Shown here: in pieces, positions 1 to 13,175 of the stretch
Numbering within the stretch: position 1 is the stretch's first letter
How the letters are laid out: each line of letters opens with the position of its first letter
Assembly (NCBI GenBank): GCA_951406725.2
Contig: OX597829.1
Location: 28,272,001-28,336,000, forward strand
Length of the DNA stretch: 64,000 nucleotides
Direction: 5' to 3'
From: Octopus vulgaris
Lineage: Eukaryota
Translations under genes and position numbers: made by a program
The notes under the pieces: model-generated
Databases searched by the model: none
What the model saw: only the letters and a program-made list of their open reading frames with translations
Told to the model about the DNA's origin: nothing

Positions 1-265
1 CTGTAGTAGAAGTAGTAGTAGTAGTAACAACAACAACAATAATAATAACAATCCTTTCTACTATAGGCACAAGGCCTGAAATTTGGGGGCTAATTGATTA
101 CATCGACTCCAGTCAACCAAGGCAGAATTCGAACTCAGAAAGTAAGGATGGACGAAATGACACCAAGCATTTTGTCCGGAATCTTAACAATTCTGTTAGC
201 TTGCTGCCTTAATAATAACGATAACAACAATAACAATAAGTATAACAATAATAATAATAATAATG

Positions 266-297
<32 letters not shown>

Positions 298-492
298 CGA
301 ATAGTAAAATTCAATAATAATGGTTTGTTGCACAGGTAAGAAACTGCAGACTTATAGGAAGTGGAGAAAGGGATGTTACAACATTCATGGCTTTTCCAAT
401 AGCACCAGCAGAATAAACAAACTTGGAAAGGAAACTGCAATGTGAACTTTATTCATCAAGATTGTATTGCCACAACAAGATGCAAACAATAG

Positions 493-570
<78 letters not shown>

Positions 571-918
571 CAACAACAACAACAACAGTAATATATACAA
601 AAAAATGTAAACAACAACTGCACTGCACAAATTAAAACAAAACACAATAACAACAACAAAAAATATCATAAAATTGCAAAGTTAAAAATCAATAAAGCTG
701 GATTGAAACAGCCCCAAAAAGGAAATAACAAAAACAAAAAGTTATCTTTCCCACACACACACATATGCACACAGTCACTAAGCTTTTAGCAATAAAGAAA
801 ACCATAGGCAGTAGTGTAATCTGGGATAATAGTTGAAATTTAGAAGTCAGTCACTTCACACACTGCACAATACATTCACAGGAATACATATCACAGCAGA
901 AATGTGAGTGTGTGTGTA

Positions 919-983
<65 letters not shown>

Positions 984-1056
984 GTATATATATGCATATA
1001 TAGATATATATGTATGTGTGTGTATGTATGTATGTATGTATATATATATATATTTA

Positions 1057-1607
1057 TGTCAGGTCACTTTTGAGTGCTACTGGTAACATGTAACCCAGTA
1101 CAACCTGTTGCATGTTCGGGTCATTGGTGACTAAACCGGCAACCCCACCAAGCTTGCTTTGTGAGGAGGGTATTTATTGGACACCCTGCGGGATGAAAAA
1201 CAAAGCCCGTCAAAGGGCGGAGGAACTTTTGAGAGTCAACAGCCATCCTATAAATGTTTTAAGGATGTATCATGTGTGGGGACATAGAAATAATCGGACT
1301 GAATACCCGATCGTGCGGTTAAACCATTGGGAGTGAAGGACTCCTAGCCTTTGTTAGGGCATCCTTCTAGGAGAAGGTAACTCAGGTAACTGGGATAACT
1401 CCGACATAAAACCTGCGGCTCAGTGGTTACCAATGATGTTGACTTGTTCTTCTTTTCGGATTATGGCTGCTGTTGCTTAGTGAGTCGAATTGACTCAGTG
1501 CACAGCCTTTCCTCACTTTAAAAAAAAATCTTCTTGCACAGGCATTGCACAATAACAACATTAAGCTTCGTGCAATGGCCATACTTGATAACGAGGGGGC
1601 AGCCACC
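1057..1607. repeat. Unclassified interspersed repeat between TA/TG microsatellites
   Basis: GC- and CpG-richer block sharply bounded by microsatellites. The segment GGCATCCTTCTAGGAGAAGGTAACTC resembles RTE-type 5' UTRs (from memory). Confidence 0.4.
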
Positions 1608-1654
1608 ATATATATGCATATATAGATATATATGTGTATATGTATGTATGTATG

Positions 1655-1712
<58 letters not shown>

Positions 1713-2158
1713 TACATACATACATACATACACACATTGTGGTTCTCAATCACAACTGTTTGATCATGAAACTCTGAGAAGTGATATTTTTGTGATGTTT
1801 TTGCAGCTTTAATAAGTGTGTTTGAGTGTGTATCTGTGTGTATGTGTAAATACATATGCACGCACATATATACATACCAAATGTATATGCTAAGGGAGAA
1901 GGATATATAATTTTATAACAAGCCTTATAATAAAACAATTACAAAACATGTCATCATGCATAGAACAGAAATGACAGGTGGGGGACAGTATAACCATAAC
2001 AATAATAATCATCTATTTTATCTGTATTACTGTTGTTGTTATTGTTAACAAACAATATAAATAATAGGTGATATTATATCTTCAGCTACCATATTGTCCC
2101 TTCAGATATCCAGTCATCAGGTTTTGGAGAATATTTCATTATTGTATGCCACCTTTAA

Positions 2159-2386
2159 TTAACCCTTAAGCATTCAGATTAATCTGTGAAATTTAATACT
2201 TATTTATTCACTTTGATTTGAATTAATCCTATATTGTCTCATAGCTTTGGAATTTTGATGATGTGGTTATTTATTTTCAGAATGACATTGTAGGGTAGGT
2301 GTGAGAGGCTGGATCTGGTCAGTTTGAACATATAACAGGTAGAATACTTCAGAAAGACAAGGCTGGTTTAAATGCTAAAGGATTAA
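2159..2386. mobile_element. piggyBac-like MITE (TTAA-CCCTTTAGCATT termini); related copies at about 11785-11996, 20685-20897, 37630-37851, 59584-59818, 60082-60651 and 60650-60860
   Basis: TTAACCCTTAAGCATT...AATGCTAAAGGATTAA terminal inverted repeats with TTAA flanks. The internal sequence is shared by many copies in the window. Confidence 0.7.
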
Positions 2387-3213
2387 AGAACAACTGTTCT
2401 TTATTTATTTTGAATTTCTAACATACTAAACCTTTAGGAGCACATTCAATGGCATACTAATATTTCATTTATAAGTATATTTTTGCTCATTATTTTACTG
2501 CTATAAATGCAATGGATAGAAAGACATTATACTTCATATTCTATGTGATAAGTATGTGCTGTTAGTAAATACAGCCTGCTGTCATTTGTAAGTGAATACA
2601 GCTTGGCAGCAAGTACCATTCTTTTTTGCTAATTGTTGTAGGTGCCTACATAGTCACAAGTTGAAAAGATACTGTTTTGACTTTCTTGGCCTTTACCCAG
2701 CAGAAGAACATGTTGGATATTAGAGATAGAGGGTGGCAGGGTTCCATTAGCACACAGCTGGTAATTGCTTCTGCCAAGTAAACTGGAGCAAAGGCAAGTA
2801 CCTCCTTGCTCAAGAACATAGCATACTACCTTCTTCAAGTACCTTGCTCAAGAACATAGCATACTACTTGGTCTAAGCATTGAATCCCCCAACCAATGAT
2901 CATGAGCTTGATACCCTGACCACTAAGCCACACACTTTCATACAAAGAATGTAGAGAAGAAATATTCTTACATAGTTATATTAAGTTCACTCAAATTATA
3001 AGCTTTCTTTTTTCTTCCTCTTCATGAATAACATGCTTCATATTTTAAGAGAATATTTAAAAAGTTTTGTTTAAAATTAAAAATTTTTAGAAAAACCTTT
3101 CATATTTTGAAACAGACTCTATATATATATATATATATAAAATGTGACCTTGTATGTACCGTTGGCGATTTTTTCCCTCTGTCTTCCCTTCTCTGGATCT
3201 TTCCTTCTCCTAT

Positions 3214-3248
3214 GTTTCCGACGAAGAGCTCCGCTCGAAACGTTAAAC
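3214..3248 (+). ncRNA. Minimal type-I hammerhead ribozyme-like motif (U4C core variant) in a (TA)n-flanked element at about 3138-3330
   Basis: GTTT-CCGACGA-A-GAGC(TCC)GCTC-GAAA-CG-TT-AAAC: stem I GTTT/AAAC, stem II GAGC/GCTC, palindromic stem III AACGTT. Confidence 0.6.
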
Positions 3249-3326
3249 CCTCCTTCTTTCCTGAGCGTCCAATAATACTATATTTGTTCCACATCCTCGC
3301 ATTGTTGTGTTTTCTTGTTTGGATTA

Positions 3327-3384
<58 letters not shown>

Positions 3385-3882
3385 TATGGATACATGCATA
3401 TGCACACACACACACACACACAACTTTAATAAATACATACTTTCTGTCAATCAATCCAATATTATTATTTTCATCATCTTAATTATCTTTTTAATGTCTA
3501 ATTTGGACAGCTCTCAAGTACAGCATATCTTTACATATCATTTAGCATTTAAACTAGCAATATCCAGTCAAAATATTTTCCCTGTATGATGTTCAAACTG
3601 GCCAGATCCAGCCTCTCACATCTACTGTCCACTGTTAGTCTAAAAAATATACAGTCACATCACTGAAATCTCAACACTACAAAATAATGCAGGATAAACT
3701 GAAAACAATGTGAATAAATAAGTATTACATTTGATAGAGTAATCTTAATGTTAAACATACCATCTCACAAACCAGTTCGGTTACCTGGACATCCTTGTTA
3801 CTTATTTGCATTATATATATATATATTACGTAGATGTACTCGCATAGCAAGTGATTTGATCTGAGATCATGTGCTGGAACGA

Positions 3883-4184
3883 AAACAATTGCAGCGTGGA
3901 AGGTGTTTGTAAGCCATTTAAGAAACACACAAAAGCTGTTCAATTCACTTCAACATTTAAGTTTAATTTGTCAAAATATTTTCGTCGCTAAAATCCGCGA
4001 CCTGTTCACTGACAAAAATCCGTGCTGCAAAAATCCGTGCAGCACGGATTTTTGTCAGTGAACAGGTCGCGGATTTTGGCGACGAAAATATTTTGACAAA
4101 TTAAACTTAAATGTTGAAGTGAATCGAACGGCTTTTGTGTGTTTCTTAAATGGCTTACAAACACCTTCCACGCTGCAATTGTTT
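3883..4184. repeat. Long palindrome (147-bp arms, 8-nt loop) in a (TA)n tract; probable inverted Penelope-like terminal repeat
   Basis: 3883-4029 is the reverse complement of 4038-4184 with three transition mismatches. An unpaired extension of about 55 bp lies on the left, with TA runs on both sides. Confidence 0.9.
4051..4100 (+). ncRNA. Hammerhead ribozyme-like fold with G3-C8 core (mirror copy at 3967-4016, minus strand)
   Basis: TTTGTCA-GTGAACA-G-GTCGC(GGATTTTG)GCGAC-GAAA-ATAT-TT-TGACAAA: 7-bp stem I, 5-bp stem II, palindromic stem III. Confidence 0.65.
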
Positions 4185-4260
4185 ATATATATATATATAA
4201 ATATATGAAGCAGGTGTATTAATATTATTTCAATAATATTTATATTTTCATGTATGTATA

Positions 4261-5072
4261 TAATGTTTCACATTATTAGGCAAATCAACCTTCTCTCAAT
4301 AAATAAATGTATATTCGTTCAAAACCAGTTGTTTTCTCATTGACTGTTAGCAACACCCATCTGTACACATTCTGTTAAAATGAATCGGAGCTGTGCCGAT
4401 GCCAACAAATGGTGGCCATTTTTGTGATTGGGCAACTATTATCATTTTTATTATATTTGCCTAATAATTTGTGACAGTGAAATAATTTGTGATGGTGAAA
4501 ACATAACCTTGTAACAGGTTTAACATTCCTAACTACCTACTTCAAGGGGCAACACCTGGTAGTTTTCGATATGTCTTCCCTGCCCCATTTGAAAACTTCT
4601 CTACATGTTGGACATGGGTTCTTCACAACTTCCCTTTTCACATGAGACAAAGTATGATTTGAAGCAAGGCTCGACTTACTTTTATCTGCTCTCGACTAGA
4701 CAGAAATAGGAGACTGCACAAATTTCTTCACTGTTTAGTAATCTCTTCCCAGTATTTTTGATATTTCTATAGCTGTTTTCCCTTTTCCAAGCTCTGACAC
4801 ACTGGTAAACTGCTCATTCAAGGTAAGTTCACATTTCTGACCCATAATGACACTTAAATTATGCACCTGCCTAATAATTTGAGACAGCAGAAATGTTGCT
4901 GCTATACAATAATGGCCACTGTTTGTTTTCATCTGTGCAGATCCGATTTATTTTAACAGAATGTGCACAGATAGGTGTTGCCAAAAGTCAGAGGGAAAAC
5001 AACTGGTTTTGAATGAATATACATTTATTCATTGAGAGAAGGTTGATTTGCCTAATAATGTGGGATGCAGTG
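4261..5072 (-). mobile_element. Internally deleted Tc1-family transposon with long TIRs
   Basis: CACATTATTAGGCAAATCAACCTTCTCTCAAT... at about 4269 is mirrored by ...ATTGAGAGAAGGTTGATTTGCCTAATAATGTG at about 5030-5062 over more than 120 bp; TA flanks. Internal remnant MGQKCELTLNEQ...GKTAIEISKILGRD resembles a Tc1 transposase N-terminal HTH. Confidence 0.8.
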
Positions 5073-5730
5073 TATAGTTTTGTCTTGGTTTTTGTCTATT
5101 GCATGTATTTTCTTCTACCAACACACAATACCATTTTAAGAAGCAGATATATGTTTATAAAACATTATTCCAATCTATTTTAAAATTATTATTCAATAAC
5201 AGTCATGATGCTTATTTTCTTTTTTTTTTCTTGCAGCCAATTTGAAAATGTTCATATGTACAAAGGTAAAAAGAATTCCAGGTGATACAAACAAGGTAAA
5301 AATAAATTATTAATAATAATTCGACACTAAATATTTACTGCTGACATCATTCATGTTCTGCACAGAAAACAATAAAATGGCATCACAAAAATTATATTCT
5401 AACATTCAAATAATATGGCAGAATAAATAACAATGCCATAATTGTATATTCAGTTAAAAATCTTGCAAATTTTTTTGTTCTTCCATTGGCTGACAATTTG
5501 ACCTAAATTGAGCAGACATACAAACACAAACCAGAACTAACAAAATATTAATTGCTCTCAATTAAGGAAAGCATTATGAATGACTATTAAAACCAAAATA
5601 TTTTCAAATAACATACAGTAGATTATTCTGAAAGTAATTTTATATAGAGAACAAATAATCTAAATCAGAAACAACCTCCATTCAAATAAATATAATTTTG
5701 CATCAAACTGTTTAATTTCAGTAACAATAA

Positions 5731-6117
5731 GCATAGGAGTGGCTGTGTGGTAAGTAGCTTGCTTACCAACCACATGGTTCGGTGTTCAGTCCCACTGTGT
5801 GGCACCTTGGGCAAGTGTCTTCTACTATAGCCTAGGGCTGACCAAAGCCTTGTGAGTGGATTAGGTAGATGGAAACTGAAAGAAGCCAGTCATATATATG
5901 TATATATATGTATGTATGTGTCTGTGTTTGTCCCCCCAACATTGTTTGACAACAAATGCTGGTGTGTTTACGTCCTCGTAACCGAGCGGTTCGGCAAAAG
6001 AGACCGATAGAATAAGTACTAGGCTTACAAAGAATAAGTCCTGGGGTCGATTTGCTTGACTAAAGGCGGTGCTCCAGCATGGCCACAGTCAAATGACTGA
6101 AACAAGTAAAAGAGTAA
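5731..6117 (+). mobile_element. tRNA-derived SINE, family A
   Basis: A-box-like TGGCTGTGTGG, B-box-like GGTTCAGTCCC (GTGTTCAGTCCC in this copy), body CACCTTGGGCAAGTGTCTTCTACTATAGCC, internal TA/TG repeat, tail TGACTGAAACAAGTAAAAGAG. Several near-identical copies in the window. Confidence 0.85.
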
Positions 6118-7746
6118 TAGATGAAACCAACATATTGCTTGATGCATCAAAAGATTTTAAAAAATTTGTTGTTCTTTACATTCTTAAAAAATATTTCAAA
6201 TCTTTCAATGAACTAAAATCTAATGCAGTAAGGAATAATGAGGGCTCTGATAGTTGAGTTTTGATAATTTTATATCCATCATGGGTTATAACTTAAACTA
6301 GTCTATTTCTGGCATTTATTTATGCATGTGAATATAACTGTGTGTGTGTGTGTGAATGTAACTGTGTATGTAGTCATTTAAGAAGTCATAAGTCAGTAAA
6401 AATAGGCATTTGTTTATTTGTCAATAGAGTACATTAAGTATATTAATTAAAGCATGCAGTATTATAAGATCCACAACAGCCAATCAGTAAAGCCAGCTGC
6501 AATGGATCTATAATTTTATATACCTTTAACACACATACACACACACACATATATGGAAACACACATGCACACGTCTTATTAGGTTGTACTTAATAAAGGA
6601 TTTGTTTAAACGGTTTAGAATTCAAGAATATATTTTCTGAGATTATGACTAAATGTATTTTCTAGAAACAAATGTACTTGATAAGCAGTGCTATGGTAGC
6701 TATTTTTCAGTTAAGTAAAGACAGGAAATCAGGGTATGTAATAATCAAGGACATTATTTTATACTTGCAACAGAATACAGGATCACAATATACATACACA
6801 TAACACACATTGTACACTTTACACACACACACAGACCAATGTATAAATATGTACAATTTTGGCTTGTCTCTTCTGACCACAAATTCCAAAAATTTCCACT
6901 ATGCAGTTATATACTATATGTACAAGCATGTTGTGCATAAATATTTGCATTCATGTGTATGCACATTTCCATTTGTGTATGCACACAGGTACATAAACAC
7001 ATTCAATATCTAAACATATATATACTGGAAGTTTAAAGTTTGTAAAAACTGATTTTAGAAACAGTAGAGGGAAGTGAACAGTTTCCAGGAATAATCACTG
7101 ACAGAAACAATTTGAACAATTTGATAAATGGTAAAATAAGGAATATAAAATATATAATTTCCAATGTAATACCAGTAAATGAGCAACAAGAATAGACGCA
7201 TAGAAGTAAAATCAAATAAACATTTCTACAATATATATATATTGTATACAAGCCTTTATACAACTTGTTAGTGTCGAATTGGCATAGGCATGGCTGTGTG
7301 ATTATGGAGTGCACCTTGTAACCACCTGGTTTTGAATACTATCAAACTGCATGGTGCCTTTAGCTGATGTGTTCTACAGCTGCCTTGTGAGTGATTTAGT
7401 AGATGAAAACTGTAGGGAAGCTTGTGGTAGGTGTATGCCGATATGAATGTTTGCATTCCACATTTTCAAATGAAAGTGGTGAGCAAAAATCAGTGATGTT
7501 ATAGTAACATTTCCTAACTTTTAAAAACAAGTGGAATAAAAAAAAAGGCCCTTACTTGAATGTAGGCAAAAATTAGCCAAAATTGAGGCATCTAACTATA
7601 AAACATTGCCTATTCATAAGTATTCATAACTATTCAGTCAAACCATGCCAGCATGAGCTAGACAAAGACTTATTAAAGGGAGAGATACTTAAATGCCAAA
7701 ACAAATGAATGACATACATATATGTGTTTACATAAATATATAAGAT

Positions 7747-7781
<35 letters not shown>

Positions 7782-8805
7782 TATATGTGTGTAAATATAT
7801 ATATACACACATACTTACATACACACACGTATACATATACATATATATGCATGTATCTATCATTTGTTTGTTTTACCATGAGTGTGTGTGTGTGTGTGTT
7901 TCATTTAACATCCACTTTTTCATCTTCACATGACTCAAACAGAATTTGTTGAGGCAGATTTTCTACAGCCAGATGCTCCTCTGTTGCCAACCTTCACCTG
8001 TTTCCAAGAAAGGTAATATTTCCTTATGACCAGACACCACCGAAGATTAGAAACAAAAGATGTCACTTGCATGACAGTGACACTTAGAATCATTAAATTA
8101 CATCAAGGCAAGGAGACTGTAAAACACACACACACACACTTCATTCACAAAGCTTTGGTTGGCCTAGGGCTTATAATAGAAAACATAAGCTAAATATAAC
8201 ACACAGTAGGACTGAATATGAAACCAGAAAGAAGAAGCCTGTAGTGTTAGAAACACAGCAAAATCCTCCCAGAAGATTTGAAAATAAAAACTGGCAGACC
8301 AATATCTTTTACACTAGGTAATTTCAATTATCTTAGTACAACACTTTAATATATTACAGATGCATTAAAAACAGGAACACATATGAGTGCGTGCACAAGT
8401 GCACGCATATATACACACGCACACACACTCTTTGTCATAGCATCCATAAACTATCTGTAAAGAATAGATAGGAATAGAAATTTTTTAAATTTAAAAAATT
8501 TACTAATAATAACATTGATAATTATATTTCTGATAATAATAAGGTTGATAAAACAAAAAGAAAAGAAAAGAAAATGGCAATAATTGTGATTGAGCTATCG
8601 CAACCAGCAATTTCTGTCTAAGACATTAGCAAAAACAGCCGTAAGAATTAAAATACTAAAGGAATTGAGAGTGCTGGTGGTGAGGAAATGTACAAAAAAA
8701 ATTCAGTATAATATAAATATATAAATACATAAAATAAAATAAAATAAAGCTCTACTAACTGCAATGGTATCTAATAATAGTAATAGTAATAATAATAATA
8801 ATAAT

Positions 8806-8838
<33 letters not shown>

Positions 8839-8948
8839 TACATCAGTACTATAAGGTATTAGTATGTATGTAAGTAAAAAAAGGTTAGTGGTTTGGCAGA
8901 GTGGTGGCTGCAAATGGTCAACTAAAACTGCATGAACCATAGTAATAG

Positions 8949-9059
8949 TCATAACACACAGGCACAAAAACAAATATGTTGTGTTACCCCATTGATTGCG
9001 ACATCCCGAGCAGAATACTTAGGATCATCGATATTTATCTTAGCCAGGTCTTCGTCAAT
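8949..9059 (-). CDS. ILK: Divergent ILK exon, probably terminal: IDEDLAKINIDDPKYSARDVAINGVTQHICFCACVL*
   Basis: TTCTGTTTTAG acceptor in phase 0, matching the previous exon. Begins IDEDL-AKIN like the canonical next ILK exon (IDEDMTARIS.ADVKFS), then diverges; TGA at 8951-8949. A weak internal donor GGG|GTAACA at 8988/8987 is an alternative end. Confidence 0.7.
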   Translation of the reverse strand: MDEDLAKINIDDPKYSARDVAINGVTQHICFCACVL

Positions 9060-10779
9060 CTAAAACAGAACATAGTTATCACAAACACGCACACACAAAC
9101 ACACAGAGAGAAAGAGAAAGAGCAAGAGAGAGAGAGAGACAGAAAGAGATCAAACAATGATGATGATGATGCTTATGATGCTGATAACAACAAGGTTGTG
9201 GTAATAGTGGTAGGGGGATTAGTAATTATGAAATGTTGGGCATGTAGAGGGAGGAACAAGTGATAATGGTTGCATGTGGTGGGAGGGGTTATGTAGAAGT
9301 GGTCCCAATACCATAGGTGTGCATGTTTGTATGAAGAACTAGACAAGCTAATGATGATATTGCATGTGGCAAAAGAAAACTCTTGTAGGACCACACGTGA
9401 CAAAAGAAAAAAAAATCATGTAGGACCAGAAGACACAAGACTAGATAATAATGTACTATACTTATTGCGTTGGGAGGTGGGTGCTAGTGGCAGGAGACAA
9501 TATGTAAAGTAATATAGTGTTACATGTGGAAAAAGTGGTGGGTAGAGATAAAAGAAAAATAGTGAAAAAAATTGTCATTTAGTGTCACATGTCTCCTGGG
9601 GGAATAGAAATCGGAAGAAAATTGGTGACAAACTGAAAACCTTGTGCCACAAGTTTTGTTGGGTATACAGGAGCAAATAAGTATTACATTTGAAGAAGAC
9701 AAGTGTCATGTCTGGGGAGTGAGTAGAGGTAAAAGGATATATTCAAAGGTGCTGGAAATTGCTAGGTATTTGTAGCTAAAGAAGACATTTAAAATAAACT
9801 AACACTGATGTTATATGATGTATAGCTAATTAATAATAATTATTAATTAATCAAACAAATTTATGTATTTACTCAAGAAATTACATTAAAAAAGTCTTTT
9901 CAAAATTATATGAAACATCATTTAATAATTTTTATAAAAAAAAAATTGTATTATTCATACTTAAAGGAATTTTTTGTCTTGTAATAATCAATCATTTCTT
10001 TGAAATAATAGTTAAAATGTAATTGACATGTTGCAGAACTAAATCTAATTTAAGAAAAGTATTATGAGAAATCATTTATTTGAAATGATTTTAAAATTTA
10101 TTTACCTTTTCATGAGACCATAAGTATTAACACCACTATTTATATCAGAAAGGTGAAATGATATATTTAATTAATTCATTTTAAAACGATGATTGGATAA
10201 GTTAGTACTGACAGGGACACAGCTGATGGCAATTATTTTCTCTTCTTAAGAATTGATGAATTCCATTTTAATCAAGTACATTTAGGAATGATGAATACTG
10301 TTTTAATATCAATAATATACATACTGAGAACTAAAAGCAATATTGGATTGAGTGAGGATGTAGGATTGAATAAACTGAGTGAAGACTAAATGATAGTTAA
10401 GCAACAAGGTTGATATGCAGATAGGAACACATGAAACACAGACAAATCGTTAGACAAACAGATACACAGACATGTAGGTAGACAGGTAGGTGGTTAGAAA
10501 GACAAACAGATAGGTACATTATTGTAGGGAGATAGATATTTAGATAAACAGGTAGATGGATAAATATAGTGATATATATATATATACACACACACATACA
10601 TGAGAGGGAGAGAGGAAGAGATACATAGAGAGACAAATACATAGATACATAGACAGTTAGACAACAGATAGATATGAATATGCAGACGAATATATAGGAA
10701 GCTACAAATAGATAGATAAAAAAAAGAGGAAAGAAAAGGGAAACAGAAATAGCTGGAGAGAGAACAAAAGAAAGAAAGT

Positions 10780-10916
<137 letters not shown>

Positions 10917-11632
10917 AGAGAATGAATGTTTCTGACAAAAGTAATGAAATTTACTGATTGCGATAGGGAAAGAACTTCAATATAAATCAAAGAACTCCAC
11001 CATTAAGAGGTTGATTTAACGTTTCATTAATGATGACAACTCATCACACATGGATATGAATTCAAATGTTTGATATTGGTAAATGATTATTTAATTATGT
11101 CAAGTCATAAGAAATATATGGAGGCTGCAAAAATTTGAAAACAACTTCTAGCAAGAAGAAAATAGAAAACTGCTAAGTTTCAATTAAAATTTATTAAATT
11201 GCTCAGTTTGAACATTATAATGACTTTAAGAGTCAGAGTAAATTTGTAAAGGAACAGTTAATTTAATTAAATGATTCCTATAATGGTTAAGATTAACAGA
11301 GATTATAAATAGGAAGTATTTTATATTAATACATTAAATATCTGAAGATACTGAATATAAAAACAATGCAGAAAATTTTTATCTGATGGTAAATGCTTAC
11401 AAGGAAGAAACAATATTTACTTAAATTTATTTTGAAAGAAAACAGTTAAGAATTGTAAAGTATGATAACAATAACAAATTAAGTACAATTTTAAAATATA
11501 ATCCATATAAAAATTAATTAAATACCTGTGTGATTGTGGTGGGGGGAAAGCTGATATGAAATGAGATGAATTTTAAATGAAGGCTCAGTGATGGTTTTAT
11601 TATGAAAAGAAGCATGAAAAAAATCAACTTAC

Positions 11633-11754
11633 CATGACGTGTTTGCTGTTAAGAGCAATATTTGGTATCATGGGTTCCATGGAGTGAAGAAATTCCATAC
11701 CTCTTGCAATATCCAGAGCAAATCTCAATGCTTGGTTTTGATCAACAACAATAT
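11633..11754 (-). CDS. ILK: ILK coding exon: [41 protein letters not shown]
   Basis: TAG acceptor, ATG|GTAAGT donor; 122 nt, phase 1/0. FALD.ARGM.FLH plus the ILK-type degenerate catalytic loop ALNS (no HRD). Confidence 0.96.
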
Positions 11755-12774
11755 CTATTTTAAAACAGAAAATAAAATTTTCATTAATCCTTTAAGCATT
11801 CAAATTCCTCTGTCAAATGCAATGCTTATTTATTCATGTTGCTTTGAATTAATCATGCATTGTCTTGTAGCTTCAAAATTGGTATATTTTCAGATTGAAA
11901 TTGTAGGGTAGGTGTGAGAAGTTGGATCTGGTCAGTTTTAACACAAAGTTAGAATATTTGGACTTGTTATGGCCAGATTAAATGTTAATGGGTTAAAGCC
12001 CTTTTAAACATAATATCATTATGATCCATGCAACAGTGGTGAAAATATTAAAGTAAAAATATGAAGAAGAAAAGACTCTCATCATCTCTGGTTTTACATC
12101 TACTTTTTTCCTACTAGTTTTGTTTTGAAAATAGGCTTGCAAATAAGCAGCCTTCTATGCATCATAACCTCAAACCAACCTGCAATGTGTTGGCTCTGTC
12201 GATACATTTGACTGGTATTTCTGATTAAAATATTTGATTGGAAGCATTAACTGATATATTCAATCTCTCCTCCTCTCCTAACAGTGTGACATTAACACTG
12301 GTTTCAAATTCTGGCATAAGGCCAACAAGTTCGGGGAATTATTTCATTGACCCTGATGCTCAACTAGAATTTATTTTTATTGACTCAGAATGAAAGGTAA
12401 AGTCGACGTTAGATGAATTTGAACTCTGAATGTGAAGCTGGACGAAATACTGCTAAGCATTTTGCCTAATGTGCTAAGTGATCATAACATCAATTTCAAA
12501 TTTTGGTACAAGACCAGCAAGTTTGGGGATGGGGTACATCAGCTCCATTGCTCAACTGGTACTTACTTTATTGACTATGAAAGGATGAAAGACAGAACTG
12601 ACCTTAGCAGCATTTGAACTCAGAGCATAAAATCAGAGAAATTGCTGCTAAGCATTTTTCCTGGTATGGTAACAATTCTGCCAGCTCATTACCTTACAAT
12701 GTGATAATAATATTCAGAGAAGTGAACAGGCAGAATAGTTAGCACATCAGGCAAAATGCTTATCGATGTTTCAT

Positions 12775-13175
12775 GACCCGGCAAGCCAAGTGAGACCATA
12801 ACCTCATGGCCTATGCCAGGGGTGTAACCAGCCCGCTTATGTGTACCATTCCTTCATTGGACACTAAACTTTGCTTGCAAAGACCTGTTGAGGCAAATGA
12901 ATCGTTACCAGTGCCACTGGACTGGCTCCGGTGCAGGTGGCATTTGAGCATGGCCGTTGCCAGTACCACCTGACTGGCCCTTGTGCCGGTGGCACATAAA
13001 AGCATCCACTACACTCTCGGAGTGGTTGGCGTTAGGAAGGGCATCCAGCTGTAGAAACCCTGCCAGATCAAACTGGAGCCTGGTGTAGCCATCTGGTTCG
13101 CCAGTCCTCAGTCAAATCGTCCAACCATGCTAGCATGGAAAGCGGATGTTAAACGATGATAATGATGATGATGAT
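12775..13175 (+). mobile_element. RTE 3'-end-related repeat with (ATG)n tail; related copies at about 38355-38850(-), 60903-61250(-) and 62885-63052(+)
   Basis: GGTTGGCGTTAGGAAGGGCATCCAGCTGTAGAAAC...CATGCTAGCATGGAAAGCGGATGTTAAACGATGAT matches the 3' end of the LINE at 28713-31590. Confidence 0.8.

Noticed and set aside
2795-2868. Short tandem duplication (also 26934-26983)
   Set aside because: Ordinary local slippage duplications with no further structure.
5215-5300. Strong plus-strand acceptor followed by AG|GTAAAA donors
   Set aside because: No recognisable product or partner exons. It is more simply an A-rich run on the minus strand downstream of ILK.
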